From positions 39,306 to 103,305 of the forward strand of contig CAVZBG010000001.1 in the NCBI GenBank assembly GCA_963773345.1: a stretch of DNA of 64,000 bases. Direction: 5' to 3'. This DNA is from an uncultured Alphaproteobacteria bacterium. GTDB taxonomy: Bacteria; Pseudomonadota; Alphaproteobacteria; Acetobacterales; Acetobacteraceae. This document shows positions 19,424-28,800 of this stretch, one piece after another. Under the pieces are notes generated by a model, which was given only the letters and a program-made list of their open reading frames with translations, had not been told where the DNA came from and did no database searches. A program made the translations under genes and the position numbers. The number at the start of each line of letters is the position of its first letter. Position 1 is the stretch's first letter.

Positions 19424-19790
19424 CCTGTTCGTCTGTATCGGCAACACCGGCCGCGGCGTCGCCGCGGAGGCGGTCGCCAAACGCCCGATCGCCGCGCGTG
19501 GCCCGGCTTTGGCCGCGGCCTCGCGCGGCGTGGGGGTGGACCGGGGCAACGGCCGGCCGGAGCCGCATCTGGCGACGCTGCTCGCCGTGCGCGGCAGCGG
19601 TCTCTCGGCGCACTGCGCGGCCGGGTGGGCCCGCTGGTTCACCCGATTGCTCCGCGCGCGGGCCGGCGCTGCTTGGAAAGTCGGCCGTGCGGCTCTACCC
19701 TGGCCGCGACGAGCAAAAGGAGGCGAGGCGTGGATCGAGAGGAGCTGGGCCTGCTGTCGCGTTATCCGGCAGCGCCTCGCCGTCTGTTGA
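19410..19790 (+). pseudogene. Low-molecular-weight phosphotyrosine phosphatase-like gene; only the N-terminal half is recognisable
   Basis: MTGRILFVCIGNTGRGVAAEA (C-X5-R P-loop) ...ASRGVGVDRGNGRPEPHLATLLAVRGSGLSAH. The remainder does not resemble the family. Confidence 0.4.
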
Positions 19791-20317
19791 CGGTCGATGA
19801 CTACCACCGGATGGGCGAGGCGGGGATACTGACCGACGACGATCGCGTCGAGCTTATCGAAGGAGAACTTGTCGCGATGGCGCCCATCGGCAGCGAGCAC
19901 ATCGCCACCACCAATGCGCTCAACCGCCTGCTGGTGCTGGCCGTCGGCGACCGCGGCATTGTTTCCGTCGGCAACCCCGTCAGGCTGACCCGCTACAGCG
20001 AGCCGCAGCCGGATTTCTCAATACTCAAACCGCGCGACGACTACCGCCGGACGCTGCCACGGCCGGAAGACACCGTGCTCGCGGTCGAAGTGGCCAACAC
20101 CAGCCTGGACTACGATCGCAAGGTCAAGTTGGCGCTCTACGCCCGCAGTGGCATTCCTGAAGTCTGGATCGTCAACCTGGCGGCGGCGGAGGTCGAGGTC
20201 TACCAATCCCCGGTCGCCGACCTCTATACCTCCGTCACGCGCGCCGGTCGTTCGGACAGCCTGACGATCAACGCGATCCCGGGCGTGCTCATTCCGGTTG
20301 CCAGGATATTTGCCTAG
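19730..20317 (+). CDS. Uma2 family endonuclease (DUF820)
   Basis: GTG start preceded by aaaggagg. LLTVDDYHRMGEAGILTDDDRVELIEGELVAMAPIG..H...PQPDFSILKPRDD...LAVEVANTSLDYDRKVKLALYARSGIPEVWIVNL. Confidence 0.8.
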   Translation: MDREELGLLSRYPAAPRRLLTVDDYHRMGEAGILTDDDRVELIEGELVAMAPIGSEHIATTNALNRLLVLAVGDRGIVSVGNPVRLTRYSEPQPDFSILKPRDDYRRTLPRPEDTVLAVEVANTSLDYDRKVKLALYARSGIPEVWIVNLAAAEVEVYQSPVADLYTSVTRAGRSDSLTINAIPGVLIPVARIFA

Positions 20318-20568
20318 GATCGCCGGGGCCTCACGCTGGCGCGGGGCACTGACCGGAGAATCGTCTCGCCGCGGCGCCTGGAAGGACGCGAAGCGGCATC
20401 TGCTGGGCGCGCTGCTGTCCGGCCGGTTCCGCCCCGGACGGCTGGATCCGGTCACCACGGCGGACGGCAGTGCGGCCGGTCCCGGCTCGGCCCGCGATGC
20501 GCTCGTGCTGAAGATGCCACAGGCGCACGCCGTGCAGCGATCGCAAGCAAGTGAGCAAGCAAGCAAGA

Positions 20569-22057
20569 GTATCTGCTCGACCCCGGTTTGATCGGCGTTT
20601 TGAGGGATAATTCGCCGACGCTTCCGACTGGCCTAAAAAACCTTTGACACGGTCACGGCCGAGTCAATTCTAAACCAGGGCGTGCCCGAGCTCCCCGACC
20701 TCAGCCAGCTGAGCCACGCCGAGAAGGACGCCCTGATCCGGGCGCTGTGGGCGCAGGTGCAGAGCCTGACGGTTCGGGTGGCGGCGCTCGAAGCCAGGCT
20801 CGGCGAACCGTCGAAGACACCGGATAATTCCAGCCTGCCGCCGTCGAGGGGTCAGAAGCCGAACCAGCCGGAGCAGGCCAAGCGTGTCGGACCACGTACC
20901 GGCAGCCTGGGTCGTAAGGGCGGCGGTCGCCCACTGGCCCGCGATCCCGACGAAACGGTGACCGCGAAAGCGGCCGCCTGCGCGCATTGCCAATCCGTGC
21001 TGACAGATGCCGATCAAGTGCTGCACGGTCGTTACGACAAGATCGACCTCCCGGTGGTGCGCCCCGTGGTGACCCGTGTGGAACGTTATGCTGGGCATTG
21101 CCCATGCTGCGGCGGCGTAACCCTGGCAGCGATACCCGCGGGCCTGGAAGACGGCTCGCCGTTCAGCGTGAACATCGTGGCGCTGGCGATCTATCTGCGC
21201 TTCACCCATGCCATCAGCTATCGCCGCCTGACCCAGCTGTTTCTGCACCTCTATGCGCTGCAGATCAGCGAGGGCGCGTTGGATGCGATGTTGCAGCGCG
21301 CCAAGCCAAGTTTCGACAACGAGGTCGCCGCCATTCTTGCCCGGCTGCGCCGTTCGCGGATCGTCTGTTCGGATGAGACCTCGGTGCGCATCGACGGTCG
21401 CACCCATTGGAATTGGGTGTTTCAGAACGATCAGGTGGTGATCCACGTGGTGCGCAACAGCCGCGCGGCCAACGTGGTCACCGAGACGATGGCAGGCCAT
21501 CGGCCGAGCATCTGGGTCTCCGACCTGTATGGCGCACAGCAGGGGCATGCCGATCTATGGCAGGTCTGTCTGGCGCACCAACTGCGTGACTGCAAATACG
21601 CCATCGAGGCGGGCGATACCATCTTCGCCCCACGCATGAAGGCGCTGCTGCTGCGGGCTGTCGTGCTGGCGCGGCGGCGCAGGAGCCTGGCCGAGAGCAC
21701 GCGGCGCAGCTATCAGCACAGGCTGGATCACGAGTTGAACGCGATTATGGTGCTGGCGCCCACCAACCACCATGGCAGGCGACTGCGAAAGCGTTACGGG
21801 AAGGTGCGCAGCCACCTGTTCACCTTCCTGGAGCATCCGGAGGTTCCGCCGGATAACAATGGCAGCGAGAGGGAATTGCGGCCCACAGCCACATACCGCA
21901 AGGTCACAGGTGGCTTCCGTTCTACCTGGGGTGCCGACCTGTTCGCCGGCGTTCGATCCGTCGTTGGAACAGCAGCGCGACGGGGAAAGGATGCGTATCA
22001 GGCTATTCTCGCAGTTCTGGACGCCGAATCTATCATTCAGCCGGGTTGAGCAGATAC
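20569..22057 (+). mobile_element. Intact single-ORF IS66-family insertion sequence with 8-bp target-site duplication AAGCAAGA
   Basis: Terminal IRs are gtatctgctcgaccccgg (left) and ccgggttgagcagatac (right). aagcaaga occurs at both 20561-20568 and 22058-22065. Confidence 0.85.
20682..22049 (+). CDS. IS66 family transposase
   Basis: 455-aa ORF with an N-terminal leucine-zipper-like LSHAEKDALIRALWAQVQSL, a zinc-finger-like CAHCQ...CPCCG, then DETSVRIDGRTHWNWVF and NNGSERELRPTATYRKVTGGFRS. Confidence 0.9.
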   Translation: MPELPDLSQLSHAEKDALIRALWAQVQSLTVRVAALEARLGEPSKTPDNSSLPPSRGQKPNQPEQAKRVGPRTGSLGRKGGGRPLARDPDETVTAKAAACAHCQSVLTDADQVLHGRYDKIDLPVVRPVVTRVERYAGHCPCCGGVTLAAIPAGLEDGSPFSVNIVALAIYLRFTHAISYRRLTQLFLHLYALQISEGALDAMLQRAKPSFDNEVAAILARLRRSRIVCSDETSVRIDGRTHWNWVFQNDQVVIHVVRNSRAANVVTETMAGHRPSIWVSDLYGAQQGHADLWQVCLAHQLRDCKYAIEAGDTIFAPRMKALLLRAVVLARRRRSLAESTRRSYQHRLDHELNAIMVLAPTNHHGRRLRKRYGKVRSHLFTFLEHPEVPPDNNGSERELRPTATYRKVTGGFRSTWGADLFAGVRSVVGTAARRGKDAYQAILAVLDAESIIQPG

Positions 22058-22260
22058 AAGCAAGAAATCCAGATTAACACAGATTACACAGAGAAGAAGA
22101 TAAAGCCACAGATTACACGGAGAGGAATAGAATGGCGCTTCGCGCAAGATCACTTTTTGCCTTCGCGCGAAGCGCCATGACTTTACTTCTCCGTGAACTC
22201 CGTGGCTTTACCTTTCTCCGCGTGCTCCGTGTTATTCTGGCTTGCTTGCTTTGCTTGCAA
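22058..22260. repeat. Long imperfect palindrome built of short repeats; its outermost left arm (20543-20568) is separated from the rest by the IS66 insertion
   Basis: The centre atggcgcttcgcgc...gcgcgaagcgccat is nested inside cacggagag..ctccgtg arms and gcaagcaag...cttgcttgc outer arms. Confidence 0.7.
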
Positions 22261-22632
22261 CCCCCACCCACCCAACCACGCAGCGCACCGGATGCCCCCG
22301 GCCATGCGATCGCCCTGACCAGAACGCCGGGTCCGCGCAACGCACCTCGCCCGGTGCACCCGCCATCAGCGCGAAACGCCATCCTAAACTACTCGGTGAA
22401 ACTCTGTGCGCACTCGGTGTAACTCGGTGTCCGCTGGCTTGCTTTCCTGCTTCCTTCCACCGCCGCCCACACCGCAAGAGGGCTGGCCCTTGGCAACCCT
22501 CGTCTGTCAGTATATCTATCATTCTCCTTCAATCGGCTTTCACCTGGAGTTTTCCCGCATGCCTCTCCCCTCCAACGGAATCACCGCCGAGGTCATTCGC
22601 GACGTCATGCCCCCTACCGCCTCAGCGAAGAC

Positions 22633-23451
22633 GTGATGGCCGCCACCTTCGCCGCCCTCCCCGCGCCACCGCCGGACGCCACCCAGGCCTGGCGCCACGC
22701 CCGCATCACCCGCCTGCTCACGGAAATCGCCACGCTCAAACCTGCCGACGCGGCGCAGGCCCGCATCGCCAGCCACGTCCTCATCGTCCGCGGGCTGACC
22801 GACACCATTGCCGCCCGCGCGCAGGCCCCCGACCTCCCCATCGACCAGATCTGCCGCATCGCCCGCACCACGGCCGAGCTGGTCCGCGCGGCGACCGCGT
22901 TGGAACGCACCCTGGCCCGCCACCAGCAGACGCCCGTCCCGTTCTACGGCACCGTGGTGCAGGACGAGGTCGATATCCCCGCGCTCGACGCGCTGTGGGT
23001 CGGCAGGACCCTGGCCTCCGCCGGGGCAGGCTCCCCGGCCCCTGCCGAGGCAGGCTCCCTTGCCTCCGCCGCGGCGGAGCCCAAGCCGGCACCTGCCGGC
23101 AAACCACGCCCTGATGCCGAGCCGACGCCCGACGCCGCGTCCGAGCCGGTGCGGCGCTCCGCCGCGCCGCCGCCCAACCAGCCCGACATCATCCCGCCCC
23201 CCGCCGATACCGCGCCGCCCCCGCCGCCCGCCGCCACCGCGCCGTCCCTCCCGCCGGCGCCGCCCCCGCCGCCCGCCGCGGCGACCGAAGCACCGGCGCA
23301 GCGCGCTCCCGACCCGGCGGCGCGCAGTGTGCGGCCCGCCGGCTCATCCCCGGACTGGGTGATCGAGCAGCTCGACCAAGGCCCCGGCTGGTCGCGCGAG
23401 GTGCTCCGCCCCCGCACCGCCGCCGACCCGGCGCCCGGGGCCACGCCATGA
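22633..23451 (+). CDS. Hypothetical proline/alanine-rich protein
   Basis: 272-aa ORF with a structured-looking N-terminal 120 aa (WRHARITRLLTEIATLKPADAAQARIASHVLIVRGL) followed by a Pro-rich tail. No family assignment. Confidence 0.45.
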   Translation: MMAATFAALPAPPPDATQAWRHARITRLLTEIATLKPADAAQARIASHVLIVRGLTDTIAARAQAPDLPIDQICRIARTTAELVRAATALERTLARHQQTPVPFYGTVVQDEVDIPALDALWVGRTLASAGAGSPAPAEAGSLASAAAEPKPAPAGKPRPDAEPTPDAASEPVRRSAAPPPNQPDIIPPPADTAPPPPPAATAPSLPPAPPPPPAAATEAPAQRAPDPAARSVRPAGSSPDWVIEQLDQGPGWSREVLRPRTAADPAPGATP

Positions 23452-23626
23452 TCCCGGCGACCATGATCCCGGCATCCGCCGGGGCAGGTCCCCTGGCCTC
23501 CGCCGGGACAGGCTCCCCGGCCTCCGTCGGGACAGGCTCCCCGGCCTCCGCCCGGACAGCCCCTCGGCCTGCATCGTCCCCGTGCCGATCCCCCCACCCG
23601 GCTGTCACTCGGCAAATCCCGCGGAC

Positions 23627-24742
23627 ATGCCCGGGACGCAGCGCGCGCCCGGCCCCCTGCGCAACGGCAACCCGCGCGGCAACCCGCACCTCGCCCCCCG
23701 CTGCGGCGCCAAGGCGAGGACCACCGGCTGTCCCTGCCGCGCCCCGGCGATGGCCAACGGCCGCTGCCGCATGCACGGCGGCAACTGCCGCGGCCCCAGT
23801 TCGCCCGAGGGCCGCGTGCGCATCGTCAAGGCCAACACGAAGCACGGCAGGGTCGCCGCACCGAAGCGGGCCGGGCAGCGTTACATCCGCACCCTCATCG
23901 TGCGCACCTATGTGCTCGCCGCCGCGCGGCGGTTGCGGCCCTACCTGCCGCCCGAGATGGCCGCGCGCCTGGCCGCGGGCCCGCGGGAGCTCGCCGCTCC
24001 GATCCACCCCTCGAACCTGCCCTTTCTCGCCTCCCAGGACGCCATGCCTTGCACAGTGAGGCCCCGCCCGACAGCCGGCGCCCCCCGCACCCCTCGCTCC
24101 CGCCAGCCCAAGCCGCCGGCCCCGACCGGCCGTGCCGCGGAACGCCTGGCGGCCCGCGCCGAACTTGCCGCCCTGGCCCCCTGGCGCCAGGCCATCGCCT
24201 TCGCCCGAGCCGCCCGCCGCGCCGCCCGCCAGGCCCGCGCCGCTGCCCGCAAAACGCAAGCCGTCCGACGCCATGCCGTACGCAGTGAGCCGGGCCTTGT
24301 TCCCGGCGGCCGGAACGCCGCGCGCGCGCCCGGATTGCCCGGTGCCGAGGCCGGCCCCGCACTCGCGTCGACCTCCAACCGGGCCGAGGTCAGCCTCCTG
24401 GAACGCGAACTCGCCGCCCGGGCGGCCGGATTGCGGTCGCACGGGTGCGCACCGCCTGCCGCCGATGCGGCGCCGGCGCCGGGCCAAGAATCCGCATCGC
24501 CAGGACCCAATGCCGTGCACAGTGAGCAGCCGCCCGCGCCGCCGCTCGCCCGCCTGACCCCGGCCAAGGCCGCCGCCCTGCGCGGCACCTCCCTGTCCAC
24601 GGCATGGGACTCGGGCATGCGGCCCGCGCTCGCCGCGCGCTTCGGCCCCCGCGCGGCCCAGCCGGGCTGGCGGCCCTCGCAAGGTCAACATCCCGCCACC
24701 CCCCACGCCACATTCACGCCGCGAATCGCGACAAGATGCTAA
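23627..24742 (+). CDS. HGGxSTG-type Cys-rich domain protein (mobile-element-associated hypothetical); C-terminal two-thirds low complexity, extent uncertain
   Basis: RNGNPRGNPHLAPRCGAKARTTGCPCRAPAMANGRCRMHGGNCRGPSSPEGRVRIVKANTKHG matches the family pattern as I remember it. Confidence 0.55.
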   Translation: MPGTQRAPGPLRNGNPRGNPHLAPRCGAKARTTGCPCRAPAMANGRCRMHGGNCRGPSSPEGRVRIVKANTKHGRVAAPKRAGQRYIRTLIVRTYVLAAARRLRPYLPPEMAARLAAGPRELAAPIHPSNLPFLASQDAMPCTVRPRPTAGAPRTPRSRQPKPPAPTGRAAERLAARAELAALAPWRQAIAFARAARRAARQARAAARKTQAVRRHAVRSEPGLVPGGRNAARAPGLPGAEAGPALASTSNRAEVSLLERELAARAAGLRSHGCAPPAADAAPAPGQESASPGPNAVHSEQPPAPPLARLTPAKAAALRGTSLSTAWDSGMRPALAARFGPRAAQPGWRPSQGQHPATPHATFTPRIATRC

Positions 24743-24791
24743 GCGATTCCGCGAATCGGGGTGCGGACGCCCCACGGCAAGGGAGAAACCG

Positions 24792-25640
24792 ATGCAACGG
24801 ATCCTGCTGGCCGCCGCCTTCCTGCTGCTGCCGCTCGCCAGCGCGCGCGCGCAAGCGGACGAGCAGGCGCTGGTCGACCGCTCCACCCTGGCACTGCAGC
24901 AGATGATGTCGCAGACCGTCTCGCAGGATCCGCAGCGGTCGCTGCAAAGCGCGCGCGGCGTGTTGATCTGCCCGCAGGTCTTCCGGGCCGGCTTCTTCAT
25001 CGGCGGCGAGGGCGGCGGCTGCGTGCTGGTGGCGCGCGGCGCCAGCAACACCTGGTCCTACCCGGCCTTCTACGCCATGGGCAGCGCCAGCTTCGGGTTG
25101 CAGATCGGCATCCAGGACGCCGAGTTCGTCATGTTTATCATGACCGAGCGGGGACTGCGCTCGGTGCTGAACAGCCAGGTCAAGCTGGGTGCCGACGCCT
25201 CCATTGCGGTCGCGACCGTCGGCGCCGGCCTGCAGGGATCGACCACCACCGACCTTGGCGCCGACATCCTCGCGTTCTCGTCCACGCGCGGGCTGTACGG
25301 GGGCATCTCGCTGAACGGCAGCGTGATGGCCGCGCGTCCCGAGGCAGACCAAGCGTACTACGGCCGCGCCCTTGGCCCGCGCGAAATCGTGCTGGGCATG
25401 CAAGGGTCCAACCCCGGCGCCGACCCGCTGCGCGAGGTGCTGACGCGCTACGGCACGGCGGGGCCGCCACCGCTGCCGCCGGCGCAGACCGGCGCGGCCC
25501 CCCCGCCTCTGCCCCCCGGCGCGTCGCCCCCGATGGCCCCGCCCCCTGGTGCCCCGCCCCCTGGTGCCTCGATGGGCACGGCCCCGACCGGCGCGGTGCA
25601 GCAGCAGCCACTGCCGCCACCGACGCAACCACGCGGCTAG
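24792..25640 (+). CDS. SYLF (Ysc84-like, DUF500) lipid-binding domain protein, secreted
   Basis: Signal peptide MQRILLAAAFLLLPLASARA. GFFIGGEGGGCVLVAR...SFGLQIGIQDAEFVMFIMT...LGADASIAVATVG. Pro-rich tail. Confidence 0.75.
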   Translation: MQRILLAAAFLLLPLASARAQADEQALVDRSTLALQQMMSQTVSQDPQRSLQSARGVLICPQVFRAGFFIGGEGGGCVLVARGASNTWSYPAFYAMGSASFGLQIGIQDAEFVMFIMTERGLRSVLNSQVKLGADASIAVATVGAGLQGSTTTDLGADILAFSSTRGLYGGISLNGSVMAARPEADQAYYGRALGPREIVLGMQGSNPGADPLREVLTRYGTAGPPPLPPAQTGAAPPPLPPGASPPMAPPPGAPPPGASMGTAPTGAVQQQPLPPPTQPRG

Positions 25641-25699
25641 GCGGACCAGCGGCGCTGCGCGGGGCTGACAATTCGCTCCGCCTCGCCCATGTTCCTGGG

Positions 25700-26377
25700 A
25701 TGGACGACGACACATTCGACCGCGCGCTGATCGCGGCGGGCTTCGCGCAGGCGGCGGAACTGGGCTGGCGCCATGTCACGGTACCGGGCGCCGCCCGCGC
25801 CGCCGGATTGCCGTTGGCGCGCGCGCGGGCACGTTTCCCCGGCCGCGCTGCCCTGCTGCTGCGGTTCGGCCGCATTGCCGACCAGGCAGCGCTGGCCGAG
25901 CTGACGGTTGAAGGCTCGGTCCGCGACCGGCTGTTCGACCTCATCATGCGCCGGATCGACGTGTTGCAGGCGCACCGCGCCGGCGTGCTGGCCCTGCTGC
26001 GCACGCTGCCGTGCGAGCCGCCGACCGCGGTACTGCTGGCCTGTGCCACGCGCCGCAGCCTGCGCTGGCTCGGGCAGGCGGCCGGCGTGGAGCTGCGCGG
26101 CCTGCGCGGGGCGCTGAAGCTGCGCGGCCTGGTCGCGGTGTGGCTGTGGACGCTCCGTGCCTGGGAGCGCGACGAGACCGCCGATCTCAGCGCGACGATG
26201 GCGGCGCTCGACCAGGCGTTGACCCGGGCCGCGCAGGCGGTGCGCTGGCTGCACGGCCTGCCCGCCCCAGGGGGCCAGGCAGGCGCTCCATCCGAGGCCC
26301 CACCCGAGCCAACACCCGAGCCAATACCGCCGCCGCCGCCGCAAGCGGGTCCGTCATCAGAAAATACCATGTCGTGA
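25700..26377 (+). CDS. TetR-fold (COQ9-like) family protein
   Basis: FDRALIAAGFAQAAELGWRHVTVPGAARAAGLPLARARARFPGRAALLL followed by helical repeats. The assignment is by pattern only. Confidence 0.45.
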   Translation: MDDDTFDRALIAAGFAQAAELGWRHVTVPGAARAAGLPLARARARFPGRAALLLRFGRIADQAALAELTVEGSVRDRLFDLIMRRIDVLQAHRAGVLALLRTLPCEPPTAVLLACATRRSLRWLGQAAGVELRGLRGALKLRGLVAVWLWTLRAWERDETADLSATMAALDQALTRAAQAVRWLHGLPAPGGQAGAPSEAPPEPTPEPIPPPPPQAGPSSENTMS

Positions 26378-26454
26378 CCGGGGGCGCCGGCGTAGGATGC
26401 CCGCGTTCCGACCCGACAGAGGGACGCCAACACGACAGAACCAGGGAGGCGACA

Positions 26455-26901
26455 ATGGCCACCAGCCCGCACATGCCGAGCGGCACCGGCCTGCCCGACT
26501 TCGACTTCACCAAGATTTTCGCCGAGATGAAGCTGCCCGCGCTGCCGAACATGGATGCGTTCGTCGCGGCGAACCGCAAGAACATGGAGACGTTCTCGGC
26601 GGCCAACCGCATCGCCCTGGAAGGGGCGCAGGCGGTCGCCCGGCGCCACATGGAGATCATGCAGCAAAGCATGACGGAGATCACCGAGGCGATGAAGGCG
26701 CTGTCCTCGATGGAGGCGCCGCACGCCAAGGCCGCCAAGCAGGCCGAGATGATGAAGACCGCCTATGAGCACGCGGTGGCCAACATGAAGGAGCTTTCGG
26801 ACCTGATCCAGAATGCCAACAGCGAGGCGCTGGCGCTGATCAACAAGCGTTTCGCCGAGGCGATGGATGAGGTGAAGGCGCTGACGCAGAAGGCGTCGTA
26901 G
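26455..26901 (+). CDS. Phasin family protein
   Basis: DFTKIFAEMKLPALPNMDAFVAANRKNMETFSAANRIALEGAQAVARRHMEIMQQ. Shine-Dalgarno gggagg lies 6 nt upstream. Confidence 0.8.
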   Translation: MATSPHMPSGTGLPDFDFTKIFAEMKLPALPNMDAFVAANRKNMETFSAANRIALEGAQAVARRHMEIMQQSMTEITEAMKALSSMEAPHAKAAKQAEMMKTAYEHAVANMKELSDLIQNANSEALALINKRFAEAMDEVKALTQKAS

Positions 26902-26964
26902 ACGCCCGGTGTTTGCCGGTTAGAGTTCGTTGCGAAACAAGCGCTGCGGGCGGTCGCGAGGCCG

Positions 26965-27085
26965 CCCCCCGTGTCATGGGCGGGCTTGGCCCGGCCACCC
27001 ACGTCTTTTCCTGTTGCCCGTGGCAAAGTCATGGGTCGCCGGGCCAATCCCCGGGTCAAGCCCGGGGACGGCCATGACGCGGGGC
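26965..27085. repeat. Palindromic intergenic repeat (gtcatgggcggg / cccgggtcaagcccgggg / ccatgacg family), copy 2
   Basis: Shares its core with 16520-16584. Confidence 0.65.
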
Positions 27086-27227
27086 GCGCGGTCCACCCGA
27101 GATGATGCGTTTATGTCTCAACAAGCCGCAGGTGGCGCGATACCTTCCACCGGCCCCCCGATTGCCCTGCGGCGTTGCGTCAACGGGATGGCGTCGCCGG
27201 CCCGGGCACTGTAATCTGCGACACCCC

Positions 27228-27725
27228 ATGTCCAAGCCCTTGCCGTTCTGGAAGACCAAGCGGCTCGAGGACATGAGCCGGGCCGAGTGGGAGTCGCTGT
27301 GCGACGGCTGCGGCCGCTGCTGCCTGCACAAGCTGCGCGACGAGGCAACCGACGAGCTCTCGTTCACCGAGGTCGCCTGCCACCTGCTGGACCTGCACAC
27401 CTGCCGCTGCGGGGACTACGCCCATCGCCAGATCCGCGTGCCCGACTGCGTCAGTCTGACGGCCGAAGAGCTGCGCAGGATCGACTGGCTGCCGCCCTCA
27501 TGCGCCTATCGCCGCCTGGCCGAGGGCAAGGACCTTGCCTGGTGGCATCCGCTGGTCTCGGGCGATCCCGATACGGTGCACACCGCCGGCATCTCGGTGC
27601 GCGGCCGCGCGATCAGCGAGCGCTGCGCCGGAACCCTGGAATCGCACATCGTCGACTGGCCGGCGCGCGCGCCGCGGCCGCCCCGTCCGACAAGGCATCC
27701 GACAAAGGAGAAGAAGCAATGCTGA
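27228..27725 (+). CDS. ycgN: YcgN family cysteine-cluster protein (UPF0260)
   Basis: [34 protein letters not shown]...[14 protein letters not shown]. Confidence 0.8.
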   Translation: MSKPLPFWKTKRLEDMSRAEWESLCDGCGRCCLHKLRDEATDELSFTEVACHLLDLHTCRCGDYAHRQIRVPDCVSLTAEELRRIDWLPPSCAYRRLAEGKDLAWWHPLVSGDPDTVHTAGISVRGRAISERCAGTLESHIVDWPARAPRPPRPTRHPTKEKKQC

Positions 27726-28639
27726 AGAACGCCGTCTATGGCGGGGTGAACGCCGCGGTACTGACCGCCATGCGCGAGGATCTGTCGGTCGATCTCGACC
27801 GCACGGCGGCGCATTGCCACTGGCTGCTGGCCAACGGCTGCAACGGCCTGGCCGTGATGGGCACCACCGGCGAGGCCAACAGCCTCGGCATCAGCGAGCG
27901 CATCGCCCTGCTCGAAGGCCTCGTCGCCCGCGGCGTGCCGGGGGCGAAGATGCTGCCCGGCACCGGCACCACCGCCATCACCGACACCGTGCTGCTGACC
28001 CAGAAGGCGCGCGAGGTCGGCTGCCGCGGCGCGCTGATGCTGCCGCCGTTCTACTACAAGGGCCCGTCGGATGACGGTCTGCTGGCCTATTTCAGCGAGG
28101 TGTTCGACCGCGTCGGCGGCGGCATCAACTTCTACCTATATAACTTCCCGCAGCAGTCGGCGATCCCGTTCAGCGTCGACTTCTTCGCCCGGCTGCTGAA
28201 GAAGTACCCGACGGCGTTCAAGGGCGTGAAGGACTCCTCGGGCAACTTCGAGAACGGCAAGTCCTACGTCGAGGCTTTCGCCAGGGACGGGTTCGAGGTC
28301 TATGCGGGTGACGACACGCTGCTGCTGCCGCTGCTGAAACTCGGCGGCGCCGGCTGCATCACCGCCGCCGGCAACATGAACGCCGCCGTCGCCGCCAAGG
28401 TGTACGCCAACTGGGACAACCCCGTGGGCGAGGCGGCAGCCGTCACCCTCGGCGCCACCCGCAAGGCCGCGGTCTCGGTGCCGCTGATCCCCGGGCTGAA
28501 GGCGCTGAAGGCGCGGCAGACCGGCGATGCCGGCTGGCTCAACATCCGCCCGCCGCATCTGAAACTCGACGCCGAGCAGCGGGCAAAGCTGTTCGCCGCC
28601 TGGGACGCCAGCGGCATCACCCTCGCCAAGGCCGCATAG
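27719..28639 (+). CDS. Dihydrodipicolinate synthase family protein
   Basis: [15 protein letters not shown]...LPPFYYK...FKGVKDSSG (Schiff-base Lys context). Confidence 0.8.
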   Translation: MLKNAVYGGVNAAVLTAMREDLSVDLDRTAAHCHWLLANGCNGLAVMGTTGEANSLGISERIALLEGLVARGVPGAKMLPGTGTTAITDTVLLTQKAREVGCRGALMLPPFYYKGPSDDGLLAYFSEVFDRVGGGINFYLYNFPQQSAIPFSVDFFARLLKKYPTAFKGVKDSSGNFENGKSYVEAFARDGFEVYAGDDTLLLPLLKLGGAGCITAAGNMNAAVAAKVYANWDNPVGEAAAVTLGATRKAAVSVPLIPGLKALKARQTGDAGWLNIRPPHLKLDAEQRAKLFAAWDASGITLAKAA

Positions 28640-28647
28640 CATGCTCA

Positions 28648-28713
28648 TTCTCCCCCTCCCCTTGAGGGAGGGGGTTGGGGGGAGGGGTCCCGCAGCAAGG
28701 TGCTTCGCTTTGA
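28648..28713. repeat. REP-like element (ctccccctccccttgagggagggggttggggggagggg + tcccgcagcaag), copy A
   Basis: The same core occurs at 36361-36427 and, as an inverted pair, at 41821-41928. Confidence 0.85.
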
Positions 28714-28800
28714 ACGCCGCGGCCCCAGCCCCCAAGCGGACCGGAAGAACATCGCCGCCCAACCCGGCCCAATCCTGACGCCCACCGGGCGCGCCCGCCC

